From: Planctomycetota bacterium
GTDB taxonomy: Bacteria > Planctomycetota > UBA8108 > UBA1146
DNA: 64,000 bases
Assembly (NCBI GenBank): GCA_036338595.1
Contig: JAYZBV010000037.1
Coordinates: forward strand, 1 to 64,000
Direction of reading: 5' to 3'
Of the stretch, positions 1 through 10,028 are shown piece by piece. Within the stretch, counting starts at the first letter, position 1, and every line of letters begins with the position of its first letter. The notes under the pieces are model-generated. The model was not told the DNA's origin. It searched no databases and saw nothing but the letters and a program-made list of their open reading frames with translations. The translations under genes were made by a program, and so were the position numbers.

Positions 1-264
1 GATCATCGCCAGCACCATCGGATGCGACGCACCGAGTCGAGCCGCCAGCCAGCCGCCTCCGAAGGCCTGGGCAAGATGCGCCACCATCGGCAGGATGAAG
101 GCGGTTTCAGGCAACGTCTTGGCCCACGCACTGAAGCCCTCCTGGTCCTGCATCGACAATCCTTCGGGCATCGGGAAAAAAATGAGGTTGAGCATGATGA
201 TCGCCATGTTGAGCGCCATGCCTACAATCATGCCAGCGATGACCGCACCGACGTTGCGAAGCAT
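1..264 (-). CDS. Small membrane protein, hypothetical (runs off the window start)
   Basis: Translated by hand: MLRNVGAVIAGMIVGMALNMAIIMLNLIFFPMPEG...AFILPMVAHLAQAFGGGWLAARLG. GGAGG RBS upstream; hydrophobic helices. Not in the ORF track because it is truncated. Confidence 0.8.
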   Translation of the reverse strand, partial: MLRNVGAVIAGMIVGMALNMAIIMLNLIFFPMPEGLSMQDQEGFSAWAKTLPETAFILPMVAHLAQAFGGGWLAARLGASHPMVLAMI

Positions 265-492
265 TACCACCTCCAGAAAGAGCAGTGTAACGAGTACCCG
301 TGCCACCCACGATACGACCGAAGAAGATGGCATCAACCTTCGGTTTTCCCCCATCCCTCCGGAAATATAGCCGCTGGCCCGGCTGGAAGGCCACTACAAG
401 CCGCTGCGGGTTCGAGGAGAAAGTCTGGACCCGTCGAGCAACGGCTCCCCCTGCCTGGCACCTGGTGAATCTCATGAATCGGGGTGAACAAA

Positions 493-539
493 CACACGGC
501 CTGAATCCCTGACCGCTGGTCGGAGATCCAGGCCGTGTG
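493..539 (-). terminator. Long 3'-UTR stem-loop downstream of GG-leader peptide 1
   Basis: Arms CACACGGCCTG (493-503) and CAGGCCGTGTG (529-539). The inner stem pairs via G-U on the minus strand and is followed by TTTGTT. Confidence 0.65.
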
Positions 540-572
540 ACGAACCTGTGTCACGAAAGTGATCGAGCGGAA

Positions 573-734
573 CTACTTGCCCTTGGGCTTGGGCTTCGTG
601 TCCACATCTGACTCGTTGGCTGCGTTTCGCTTGATTTCAGCGAGCTTCTTTTGTTCTTGCGCATCCAGTTTCGCACCACCAGCGACACCTTCGAGCTCCG
701 CATCCGTGACCTTGTCGACTTCGTTGTTGTTCAT
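573..734 (-). CDS. Double-glycine leader peptide precursor 1 (53 aa)
   Basis: MNNNEVDKVTDAELEGVAGG|AKLDAQEQKKLAEIKRNAANESDVDTKPKPKGK. Leader resembles the ELSDEELEAVAGG motif; AAGGAG/GGAG upstream of ATG 734. Confidence 0.75.
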   Translation of the reverse strand: MNNNEVDKVTDAELEGVAGGAKLDAQEQKKLAEIKRNAANESDVDTKPKPKGK

Positions 735-1050
735 GGTGACTCCATCTCCTTGCAACGTCATCGTTGCGTTTCTTTCCCCAGCGATCAGCCAGGAACACTC
801 CCGGAACTGCCCGCTACCGAGGTATCCGGAAGCAGGAGCAGTCCGGACAGGAGAACCTCGAGGAAACCGATATGCCCCTGGATCGGCCACGGAGAGGGCC
901 TCACGAGCTACCGAGAGGGAACGGTTTCCACAATACCGTCAAGATCCTCAGGAGTTTCATGGCAGTCAATTCGCCCTCGTCGAGCCCGCACCGATTCCCT
1001 GTAGCCACGGTAGCGACAGCAGCGGTGACGATCGGAGCTTCTGGCACTTC

Positions 1051-2274
1051 TTATCCACGACCCATCGGTTGCCTCTGCCAGTAGGTGAGGCTGCGCCACA
1101 GCCATTCGAGGGGACCGAAGCGGTAGCGCGACAGCCACATCGGCGACAGCCACAGTTGAAGGATCCAGATGGCGATCACCATGCCCAGTTGCTCCACCCG
1201 CTCGACGCTGCCGAAGTAGCCCAGCACCCGGAACACCACGACTCCGATGACGGTGTGCAGGATGTAGTTGCTGAACGCCATCTGGCCGACCGCTCCGAAA
1301 CGTCGCTGCAGGGCCGGCATGGCACCGCTACGCACCGCACCCACGACCAGGCCGATGTAGGCCATCGACAGCGCCACACTGCCCCAGAAGTTCCACTGAG
1401 ATCCGAGGTAAAAGCTGTACTCGATGGCATAGTCGTGGGCGAGGTTTTCCCTCATGCCGATGCCGATCAGCAGCAGACCGATCACCGCTCCCACCACCAG
1501 CAAGCGGCGATAGAAACCAGCGGACCGCTCGCCGCTGAGGATCTTCGAGCGATAGAAGGCCATCCCCAGCAACATCATCCCCATCACTCGCCAGAAGATG
1601 TTGGTCGCGAATATTATGGTCTCGACGAAGAAAGAGCCTTCACTGTTGCTGGCGAATCCCGAGGCAAACCCTGCCGAGTACTTTGCAATCTCCTCGTCGA
1701 GTGCTGCCTGATCCGGTCGCCAGAACTCGACGAGACCGGTCTGCTCCTGCTCGGACCAATGCTCGAAGGAGAGACCAAACATCAACGACAGACCCGAACC
1801 GAGCAGCAGGAAAAGCAACCCACAGATCAGCAGCGTTCGAGCCGAGCGACGGCGAAACAGGTAGATGGGAAACGCACACACTCCGTAGGCGAACAGGATA
1901 TCGCCACTCCACAGAAGATGCGCATGGAGCAGCCCGAACATCACCAGGTAGAAGTTCCTCTTGCAGTGCAGCCACCCTACCTGCGTCAGTGATGCGCCCC
2001 GCGCTTCGGCACGATCGGCAAATAGCAACACGCCGGCACCGAACAGCATCGAGAAGAGCCCCATGAACTTCATGTCGAAGAAGATGTGGCTGAAGTCCCA
2101 CACCAACCGGTTGATCCCCTCCTGCTCGCCGAAGGAGGTCGGATTCATGTAGGCACAGAAGGGCATCGCAAAGGCCTGGATGTTCATCACCAGGATGCCG
2201 AGCAGCGCAAAGCCCCGCAGCACATCGAGACTGGCGATACGATCCTGAGAAGCGACCGGTGAACTGGACTTCAT
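1051..2274 (-). CDS. DUF418 (YeiB-like) membrane protein
   Basis: RIASLDVLRGFALLGIL, FSMLFGAG, GDILFAYG, GQMAFSNY and GPLEWLWRSLTY motifs. Confidence 0.9.
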   Translation of the reverse strand: MKSSSPVASQDRIASLDVLRGFALLGILVMNIQAFAMPFCAYMNPTSFGEQEGINRLVWDFSHIFFDMKFMGLFSMLFGAGVLLFADRAEARGASLTQVGWLHCKRNFYLVMFGLLHAHLLWSGDILFAYGVCAFPIYLFRRRSARTLLICGLLFLLLGSGLSLMFGLSFEHWSEQEQTGLVEFWRPDQAALDEEIAKYSAGFASGFASNSEGSFFVETIIFATNIFWRVMGMMLLGMAFYRSKILSGERSAGFYRRLLVVGAVIGLLLIGIGMRENLAHDYAIEYSFYLGSQWNFWGSVALSMAYIGLVVGAVRSGAMPALQRRFGAVGQMAFSNYILHTVIGVVVFRVLGYFGSVERVEQLGMVIAIWILQLWLSPMWLSRYRFGPLEWLWRSLTYWQRQPMGRG

Positions 2275-2398
2275 GACGAGTCCCCTTCCCTGCAACCTCG
2301 CTCACATCAACGCGTCACATCCACCTCACGTCATACCATCGTGTCGGGAATGTACATTGTCACCAGCTGGAGGTGAACCGGCCCCTCGACCCGCAGAT

Positions 2399-3841
2399 TC
2401 ACAGCGCCGCCAGTATCTGATCGGCGGCGAGGACTCCGGAACTGGCGGGAAAGGGGCCGCCCGGGTGGGTGCCCGCTCCGGCGATCCACAGTCCGGGGAT
2501 GGGCGTGCTGTAACTGCCGATCCCGACACAGGGCCTGAGCGAAAAGATCTGGTCGAGAGCGAGTTCGCCGTGCTCGAGGTGGCCGCCAGGCAGATGATGC
2601 TGCTGTTCGAGATCGGTGGGCGTGATCAACTGGTGCCCCACCACCGATGCTGCCAGCTTCTCGTCGTGACATCTCAGTTGCTCCAGCACCCGAGCCGCCA
2701 GTTGCTCGCGCTGTGGTCTGGCATTCTCGGGGGCGACCACCGGCACGGCAAACACCTGCAACTGGACCACACTCCCCCCCTCAGCAGCGAGAGAGGCATC
2801 GGTCGCGCTCACCACACGCAAGCGCAGACACGGATGTTGGGGGATGGTGCCGTGCTTGGCGGAGTCGAAGGCTCGCTCCCACGCCAGCGGGGAATCCCCG
2901 ATCCAGCGCTGCTCGTCTCCGACGACGGGACCATCGAGAGCAACGTGCATCACCGCAACGATGCCACGGCTGCGATAAGCCCCGAGATCCTCGCGCAGGG
3001 TCGCGGGGATCTCCCTTGCGCCGAGTCGCTCGAGCAAGGTGGTGCCGGGATGGACGCACGACAGCAGTTGATGCGTTCGATGATCGCCTGAGTCTGTGCG
3101 GGCACCGACGACACGATCATCCTCTATGATCCAGTCCTCGACCGTCGTGGACGTCTCGATGCAGACCCCTGCCGCACCAGCCGCCGCTTCCAGCGCCGCC
3201 ACCAGCGCCGGGCCACCGCCGGCAGGTTCGTGATGGCCGCCGGCGTGGGCGAGCAACCACAGAAATGCGCTCGATGGCGACATCGGTCCGACCCACCCCC
3301 CGAACAGTGCGGAGGCTGCGATGTGGGCGCGTTGTTTCGGATCTTCGATGGTTTCCGACAGCCAGTCCTCGATGCTCATCGGCAGCACCCGCAACGCATC
3401 GGCGAAGCCGGTATTTCCCATCGCTCGCCGCGTCCTTCGTAGGGAACCCCCGAGTTTCAGCAGTTCCAGGAAGGGAGGATCGATCAGGTCTCGCGGAGCC
3501 CCATCGGCAAACTCGTGGATCGTCGCGATGATCGGGGCCATCTCGTCGAGCAGAGGAGCGGCCAGCGCTCGATGGGCATCCGATTCAGGTCTTGGCCGTG
3601 AACGGTAGCCAAACTGCTCGAGTCGTAGCCGTGCCACCACAGCAGGCCGCGGTGCCGACAGAGAGCGCAGGCCCGCGCTGCGGTAGCCCGGATGAAACTC
3701 GCAGCTGGCATCGATCTCACCGAGGCCGGGCTCGGCACAGATCAGACGCACCGAGTGCCCTGCACGCGCGACGATGGTCGCCGCAGCGAGCGCATCGATG
3801 CCTCCGCCGACCACCAGCAGATCGGTTTTTTCCAGGGCCAT
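2399..3841 (-). CDS. Phytoene dehydrogenase/PYROXD2-like FAD oxidoreductase (divergent paralog)
   Basis: N-terminal VVGGG Rossmann motif and C-terminal TPIPGLWIAGAGTHPGG; homologous to the neighbouring gene. Confidence 0.85.
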   Translation of the reverse strand: MALEKTDLLVVGGGIDALAAATIVARAGHSVRLICAEPGLGEIDASCEFHPGYRSAGLRSLSAPRPAVVARLRLEQFGYRSRPRPESDAHRALAAPLLDEMAPIIATIHEFADGAPRDLIDPPFLELLKLGGSLRRTRRAMGNTGFADALRVLPMSIEDWLSETIEDPKQRAHIAASALFGGWVGPMSPSSAFLWLLAHAGGHHEPAGGGPALVAALEAAAGAAGVCIETSTTVEDWIIEDDRVVGARTDSGDHRTHQLLSCVHPGTTLLERLGAREIPATLREDLGAYRSRGIVAVMHVALDGPVVGDEQRWIGDSPLAWERAFDSAKHGTIPQHPCLRLRVVSATDASLAAEGGSVVQLQVFAVPVVAPENARPQREQLAARVLEQLRCHDEKLAASVVGHQLITPTDLEQQHHLPGGHLEHGELALDQIFSLRPCVGIGSYSTPIPGLWIAGAGTHPGGPFPASSGVLAADQILAAL

Positions 3842-3842
3842 G

Positions 3843-5429
3843 TCAGTTCCCCGCCTTCAGCAGGGCACGGGCGGCGTTTCGCCCTGGCGCGCCCATCACA
3901 CCACCGCCGGGATGGGTTCCCGAGGCGCACATCCACAGGTTCTTGACCGGGGTTCGGTAAGCGGCCCAGCCAGCGGTGGGACGCAGGAAGAAGAGTTGCT
4001 CGAGCGACAGTTCGCCGTGGAAGATGTTGCCCTCGGTGAGGCCGATCTGCTGTTCCAGGTCCCAAGGCGTGAGCACCTGGCGATGCAGGATCGAATCGCG
4101 AAGCCCGGGACAGTATTCCTCGAGGGTGTCGATGACGGTGTCGCCGAACGCCTCTCGATGCTGCGGCCACGACTCCGCGCCACCCTCGATGTGGTAGGGA
4201 GCGTACTGGACGAAGATCGACATCACGTGCTTGCCCGGCGGGGCGAGGGTCGGATCGACCACCGATGGAATGACGACATTGAGATAAGGGCGAGAGGAAT
4301 AGCCGCCGTACTTGGCCTCATCGTAGGCGAGTTCGAGCGCATCGATGGAAGGGGCGATGGCGATGTCGCCGCGCAGATGGGGTCCGTCGCCGGGGCGCGA
4401 GGTGAAACTGGGCAGACGGTCGAGGGCGAGATTGACCTTGCCGGATGAGCCGCGGTACTTGAATCGATCGATGCCGGTGGCGAAGTCGGGATCGAGATGC
4501 TCCCGCCCGACCAGGCCGAAGAAGGTGCGCCTGGGATCTACTGCGGAGACGATCTGCCGGGCACGGATCTCGGTGCCATCCTCGAGAACGACGGTGCGCG
4601 CCTCGCCGTTTCGGACATCGATGCGGGCGACCGGAGCCTCGGTGCGTATCTCGGCACCAAAACTGCGGGCGGAATCGGCGATCGCGTTGCTGACGCTACC
4701 GGTACCGCCGCGGGCGAAACCCCACGAGCGCGAGGCACCGTCGATCTCACCCATGTAGTGGTGCAACAGCACGTAGGCGGTTCCGGGGGAGCGCACGCCG
4801 AGAAAGGTGCCGATGATGCCGCTGACCGCCATCGGCGCCTTCAGAGCATCCGATTCGAACCAGCGATCGAGAAAGTCGACGGCACTCATCGTGAACATCT
4901 GAATCTTGCGCAGCCGATCGATCGGATCGAGATGGCGAAAACTGCGCCCCAGTTTGAGCAGATCGAGCAGATCGCCGAGCCCCGGATCGACGGCATCCGG
5001 AGGAGACATCTCGAGGATCGGTCGCACGAAGCGAGCCAGGCGCATCATCGCATCCCCGAACAGGGGATAGGTCTCGGCATCACGGCGCGAGAAATGGGCG
5101 ATCTCACGACGCGTTTGCTCCGGGTCGGGCCAGCGCACCAGGCTGCTGCCATCGGGGTACGGGGAGAAGGAGCACTCCAGCGGAATCAATTCCAGACCGT
5201 GCCGAGAGAGATCCAGTTCGCGGATGATCTCCGGTCGAAGCAGGCTCACCACGTAAGAGCAGACGGAATACTTGAAGCCGGGGAAAACCTCCTCGGTCAC
5301 CGCGGCGCCGCCGAGGACGTGACGCGCCTCGAGCACCAGAACCTTGCGTCCGGCACGCGCGAGGTAGGCAGCACAGGTCAGGCCGTTGTGGCCGCCGCCG
5401 ATGATCACCTGATCGTAGGTGGCTGCCAT
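3843..5429 (-). CDS. Phytoene dehydrogenase/PYROXD2-like FAD oxidoreductase
   Basis: IIGGGHNGLTCAAYLARAG, GGAAVTEE, GNIFHGEL and GTHPGGGVMGAPG motifs. Confidence 0.9.
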   Translation of the reverse strand: MAATYDQVIIGGGHNGLTCAAYLARAGRKVLVLEARHVLGGAAVTEEVFPGFKYSVCSYVVSLLRPEIIRELDLSRHGLELIPLECSFSPYPDGSSLVRWPDPEQTRREIAHFSRRDAETYPLFGDAMMRLARFVRPILEMSPPDAVDPGLGDLLDLLKLGRSFRHLDPIDRLRKIQMFTMSAVDFLDRWFESDALKAPMAVSGIIGTFLGVRSPGTAYVLLHHYMGEIDGASRSWGFARGGTGSVSNAIADSARSFGAEIRTEAPVARIDVRNGEARTVVLEDGTEIRARQIVSAVDPRRTFFGLVGREHLDPDFATGIDRFKYRGSSGKVNLALDRLPSFTSRPGDGPHLRGDIAIAPSIDALELAYDEAKYGGYSSRPYLNVVIPSVVDPTLAPPGKHVMSIFVQYAPYHIEGGAESWPQHREAFGDTVIDTLEEYCPGLRDSILHRQVLTPWDLEQQIGLTEGNIFHGELSLEQLFFLRPTAGWAAYRTPVKNLWMCASGTHPGGGVMGAPGRNAARALLKAGN

Positions 5430-5432
5430 CGC

Positions 5433-6617
5433 TCAGTCTCGCTTTCGAGGTGGATCGAAGAAGGGCCGTCCGACAACCGTTGCCGGGATCCGATGATGGA
5501 TGTGTTCGATGGTGAACTCGACCTCGAGATCTGTCCCTGGCGCGCCCACATCTCCCTCGACGGTCGCCAGCGCGATCGCGCTCTTGAGGATCGGCGAGAA
5601 GGTGGAACTGGTGATGTAGCCGACCTGTCGACTTCTCAGATACACCGGCCTCGACTGGCGAGACGCCTCGATGGAGAGAGCCGGAGGAAGGCCAACAGTG
5701 GCGTACAACTTCTCGATGTCGGGCAATGACAGTTCGAGCCCGATCAACTGCCACTTCAGTGGTCGCCGGGACTCCGCCTCGAGCGCCTCACCTCCGACGA
5801 AGGATCGGCCATCGAGGTCGACGGCGAAGCCGATCCCCGCCTCGAAGGGCGATGACTTGCGGCTCTCGATCAAACAGGTGGGAGCGCTGTAGTAGTCGAC
5901 CCCCTGCAACACTAGCCCCGCCTCGATCCGAACGATATCGAGCGCATCCAGTCCGACCGGCAGTAGCCGATGCGGCTTCCCCGCTGCCATCAGATGATCC
6001 CACAGCGCCGTCGAGTGTTCCGGATCGCACCAGAGCTCGTAACCGAGATCGCCGGTGTAGCCGGTCCTCGAGATCTGCAGCGGGATTCCATCGAGAGCAA
6101 CGGACGCCATCTGGAAGTAACGAAGTGGGATCTCTTCTCCCGTGGCCTCTTCGAGGATGGCGCGGGAGCGAGGTCCCTGGATGGCCAGGCTGGCGATGGA
6201 GTCGGATTCATCGACGATGCTGACATCAAATCCTGCAGAGAAGCGATCGACCCAGCGCCAGATGGGTGAGGCCGAGGTGAGGCGGTAATTCCCGTCACCC
6301 AGATTCATCACCGTTCCATCGTCGACCAGTTTTCCCGCTTCATCACAGACGGCGGCATAACGGACACGATGGCTGCGCAGCCGTTGGATGTTGCGAGAGG
6401 TGACATAAGAGAGAAATGCTGCGGCATCGGCTCCCGTCACCGCGATCTTGGTCAAGGGCGAGACATCCAGCAATCCAGCACTCTGGCGGATGGCGTGATA
6501 CTCCGCTTCGAGATGGGTTCCATAGCGACATACCGCATGAAATCCACTCCAGTCCTTCCACTGCAGGGAGGTACACAGGGGCGCTGTGCGATCGTGGAAC
6601 GGCGTCGGAATTGGCAT
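5433..6617 (-). CDS. GcvT-family aminomethyltransferase (THF-dependent)
   Basis: EYHAIRQSAGLLDVS, SRTGYTGDLGYEL, RIEAG and PFFDP motifs; a separate canonical gcvT lies at 23 kb. Confidence 0.9.
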   Translation of the reverse strand: MPIPTPFHDRTAPLCTSLQWKDWSGFHAVCRYGTHLEAEYHAIRQSAGLLDVSPLTKIAVTGADAAAFLSYVTSRNIQRLRSHRVRYAAVCDEAGKLVDDGTVMNLGDGNYRLTSASPIWRWVDRFSAGFDVSIVDESDSIASLAIQGPRSRAILEEATGEEIPLRYFQMASVALDGIPLQISRTGYTGDLGYELWCDPEHSTALWDHLMAAGKPHRLLPVGLDALDIVRIEAGLVLQGVDYYSAPTCLIESRKSSPFEAGIGFAVDLDGRSFVGGEALEAESRRPLKWQLIGLELSLPDIEKLYATVGLPPALSIEASRQSRPVYLRSRQVGYITSSTFSPILKSAIALATVEGDVGAPGTDLEVEFTIEHIHHRIPATVVGRPFFDPPRKRD

Positions 6618-6857
6618 AGCGGGATCATACGAGCCGCCCCGGGTATTGGAAGTCGGTGGACAGCCTCCAGGTCGGAAACCGGTATCGGCTCAGGTGTAGG
6701 CGCAGGATGTTGCGGAGAGCCGGCGCGCCTGGAGTTGCGGGATGCATCGGGTGATCTCCGGGAGCCGCAGCCTCGCCTCCAGAAAGTGATACCGCTTCGG
6801 GATGGGCTGCGGTAGGAAGGGGAGCAGGGCCGGAGCAGCCACCGCCTACACGAGAGA

Positions 6858-8426
6858 GTGCCATTGAACAGCGACAGCGCGCCAAATTCTGACCTGCCTT
6901 CTGACCTGCCCGGTGCCGGGGATCGCTGGGTGACCTTTTTTGCGCTGCTGATACCGGCGGTGATCGCCTTTCATCCGCTCGCCAATAACGACCTGCCGAT
7001 GCATCTGGCGATCGGTGACTGGATCATCGAACACGGCGAGGTGCCCACCACCGATCCCTTCTCTGCCAACGGCCACGGCGAGCGCTGGATCGCTCACGAG
7101 TGGCTGTCAGCGCTGGGGTTTGCGGTCACCTACAAGGTGGCGGGGGCCAGCGGCCTGGTGGCGCTTGCAGTACTCCTCTCGGCACTGCTGGGAGCGTTGC
7201 AGAACAGGATCTCGCAACTGCTGGGCGTGCCTGCCGTGGCACGGCTGCTGTTGCTGGTGCCAATCTGGCTGGTGGCGGGACGCCGACTGATGCTGCGACC
7301 CCATCTTCTGGGCCTGTGCTGTGTTCTGGGGTTGTGGGTGGTCACCTTGATCGGTAGAAAGCGCCCGCTGCTGCTCTGGTGTGCCGTGCCCCTGATGGCG
7401 CTGTGGGCGAATCTGCACTCCTCCTTCATCCTTGGCATCGCCTTCCTGATCTTTGATCTGATGGTGTGGCCCGATGGTCATCGAGCCAGCGCCCGCCAGC
7501 GACTCACGGTGCTCGTCAGTTGTGTCGGAGCCACCGCTCTGCAACCGCACGGTCTCGGTTTATTTCTGTTTCCCTTCCAGCTCGGGCTCGATCCGGTCTT
7601 CACCAGCGAGGTGGCGGAGTGGGTCAGCCCCTTTGCCAGTTCCATCAGTGCAATACAGTTCAGGAGCACCATCAGCTTCGGCATCGGAGTGCCGACGATG
7701 GTACTGGCACTGATCGCCGTGTGGCGACAGGGGACCCGATTCGGTGAAACGGAGGCGCCTCGCACGGTGCGTCTGGCGGTGGTCGTGTCGATCGCCATGG
7801 CGCTGCTGCAGCAACGCCACTTCGCACTCGCCGCATTGCTCTGCTCGGTGCTGCTGGGGATGTGGATCACCCCCTGGTGCCTGAAGTGGCCCGAAACGAT
7901 GCACCGGGTGCGAGGACGTGCGGCGATACTGATCAGTGCGACGGTCCTGATGCTGATCTCCTACGGCTATCCTGCACGGTTCGAGGACACCGGGGTCCAG
8001 TGGCGAAAGGGCGGCTCCGGCTGGTCGGCGACGATGCCGCGGATTCCGGTATCGGTACTCGCCAACGAGTGGCAAGTGACGGGAGTGGTCTTCTGTGAGT
8101 ACGAGTATGGCAGCGTCGTCACCCATGCCTCCGATGGGCGGCTCAAACCGACGATGGACTCGCGCAACACCGTCTATGGCGCCCAGCGCTATCTCGCCCA
8201 CCAGGCGGCGCTCGTCGGAGAAACAGAGGAACAGTTGCGGCTATTGAAGCTGGCGAATGCGGTGCTGATCCGGAGGGATGCGAGCCGATCTGGACTCGCC
8301 AGCCGGCTCGATCAAGATGCGGATTGGGCGCCGATCCATATCGATCCTGACTGCCGGATGTGGGTTCGCGAGAGTGCCGTTCCAGAATCGATGAGGGAAT
8401 CGCTGCGTCCAGCACAACGTCGCTAG
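6858..8426 (+). CDS. Polytopic membrane protein, putative GT-C-type glycosyltransferase
   Basis: DLPMHLAIGDWI...DPFS...WIAHEWL, LRPH and LWANLH motifs; many TM helices. Function is inferred. Confidence 0.7.
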   Translation: MPLNSDSAPNSDLPSDLPGAGDRWVTFFALLIPAVIAFHPLANNDLPMHLAIGDWIIEHGEVPTTDPFSANGHGERWIAHEWLSALGFAVTYKVAGASGLVALAVLLSALLGALQNRISQLLGVPAVARLLLLVPIWLVAGRRLMLRPHLLGLCCVLGLWVVTLIGRKRPLLLWCAVPLMALWANLHSSFILGIAFLIFDLMVWPDGHRASARQRLTVLVSCVGATALQPHGLGLFLFPFQLGLDPVFTSEVAEWVSPFASSISAIQFRSTISFGIGVPTMVLALIAVWRQGTRFGETEAPRTVRLAVVVSIAMALLQQRHFALAALLCSVLLGMWITPWCLKWPETMHRVRGRAAILISATVLMLISYGYPARFEDTGVQWRKGGSGWSATMPRIPVSVLANEWQVTGVVFCEYEYGSVVTHASDGRLKPTMDSRNTVYGAQRYLAHQAALVGETEEQLRLLKLANAVLIRRDASRSGLASRLDQDADWAPIHIDPDCRMWVRESAVPESMRESLRPAQRR

Positions 8427-9385
8427 ATACGCCCCTCGCCAGCACCTGTGTCTGGCGGATCATCGGGCACGACATCTTCTTCAAAGATCTGGCGCCGCTT
8501 CGTGGCGATGTGAGTCGGATCGAAACCGGAAACCCCGGCGATCGCCTCGGCATCTCGCCCCGCTCCCTTGGCTCCTCGCAAGGCAGTGCTGGCCGAGTCG
8601 ACCAGTTCCTGAGCAACGGTCCCGTGCTCGGGGTAGCCGGCGATGCCGATGGAGATGGTCGCATCCCAGAACTCACCATTGTGAAGAAGGATCGGCCGGT
8701 GCCGAACATCATGGCGCAGCCGACCCGACAGGATGCGAGCATCGCGAGGTTCGGTCTGGGGCAAGATCACCAGCAGTTCATCGCCACCCCAGCGACCGAC
8801 GCTATCGGTCTCGCGACAGGCGGCCTCGACTCGTCTGGAGATCTCGACCAGGGCCGCGTCGCCTGCGATGTGACCCTGCTTGTCGTTGATCGCCTTGAAG
8901 TGGTCGAGGTCGATCAGCAGCACCGTGAACACGCCGCCATAACGGCGCGTACGCTGCATCTCGAGGCGCAGAGCGTCATCGATGCTGCGTCGGTTGAGCA
9001 GGCCAGTGAGAGGATCTCGGCTCACCTGGGAGATCAACCGTTCCATCTCCGGGCGCCCCACGATGCGAGGAGATTCGATCAATGGCCTGCGATTGGTCAG
9101 GTAATCCGCTGCAGCGACCCTGACCCCGACATCTCGGCCGAGCGCCCGCTCCATCTTGCGCTTGTGGCGCACGATCCCCTTCCACAGCCCCTGTGCCTCC
9201 GTCGACTCGAAACGACGATGGGTCAGCAATTCGATCAGGTCGCGATGGTATTCCTCATCGAGAGGCCCGAGATTTTCCAGCAGCACTTCCAGCTGCTGAT
9301 CCTCCAGGATGCGATCTCCTGCCAGGATGGCGAGGATGTCGATCCCCTGCGCTTCGAGTTCTCGAAACTGATTCAGGTGGGACAT
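8423..9385 (-). CDS. GGDEF-domain protein (diguanylate cyclase)
   Basis: DPLTGLLNRR, DLDHFKAINDKQGHIAGD, RETD I-site and a GGDEL variant motif. Confidence 0.9.
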   Translation of the reverse strand: MSHLNQFRELEAQGIDILAILAGDRILEDQQLEVLLENLGPLDEEYHRDLIELLTHRRFESTEAQGLWKGIVRHKRKMERALGRDVGVRVAAADYLTNRRPLIESPRIVGRPEMERLISQVSRDPLTGLLNRRSIDDALRLEMQRTRRYGGVFTVLLIDLDHFKAINDKQGHIAGDAALVEISRRVEAACRETDSVGRWGGDELLVILPQTEPRDARILSGRLRHDVRHRPILLHNGEFWDATISIGIAGYPEHGTVAQELVDSASTALRGAKGAGRDAEAIAGVSGFDPTHIATKRRQIFEEDVVPDDPPDTGAGEGRI

Positions 9386-9500
9386 GGCGAATAAATCTCC
9401 GGGCCGCCCTGTGCGTGCCGGAGTTCATCGTACCATGATCTGGTGCCTGGTTGCTCGTGCCGTCTGCAACGGTCTGGACACACCGATGTGAGCGAGCTCT

Positions 9501-9884
9501 TCAGGCAGCCGCTTCAGGATCAGGAGTCGAGTTCCAGGATCCGACCGTCTCGAGCAACTGGTGCCCGTCCAGATCGAGGTGAACCACCTCGAGTCCCTGG
9601 CGAGAGCGAAGCGTGCGGCGCAATCCGGTGTTCTCGCTACCGATGACGATCAGCGGTACTCGCAATCCTCGGTCCAGCTGAAAATCAACCAGATCGAAAT
9701 CTTCCTGCTGGCAGACGCGGGCGTCGACGACGATCAGGTCGTAGGCGCGCTCGACGAGCACATCACGCACCACTTCCATCTCGAGACAGACATCGATTTC
9801 ATGGCGCTCGAACTCGAAAACATTACGAATGGCGTATGCGGAGTCTCGGTCGAGGCCGAGCACCAGGATTCTATGGCGTCTCAT
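9501..9884 (-). CDS. Single-domain, degenerate receiver-like protein
   Basis: HRILVLG...YDLIVVD...VPLIVI pattern of a CheY-like fold; acidic pocket and KP motif are missing. Confidence 0.6.
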   Translation of the reverse strand: MRRHRILVLGLDRDSAYAIRNVFEFERHEIDVCLEMEVVRDVLVERAYDLIVVDARVCQQEDFDLVDFQLDRGLRVPLIVIGSENTGLRRTLRSRQGLEVVHLDLDGHQLLETVGSWNSTPDPEAAA

Positions 9885-10028
9885 CGCGTTTCTGCTCCTT
9901 CTGGGCACCACCACGGGGCGAACAGGTTCAAGAGGTGCCTACAGAGTCATATATCGGCATCGAGGTGTAGAATCTTGAGGATGTAGTGGCTCACCTGTGC
10001 TGCCGAGATTCGCCGGGATGGCGCGATA

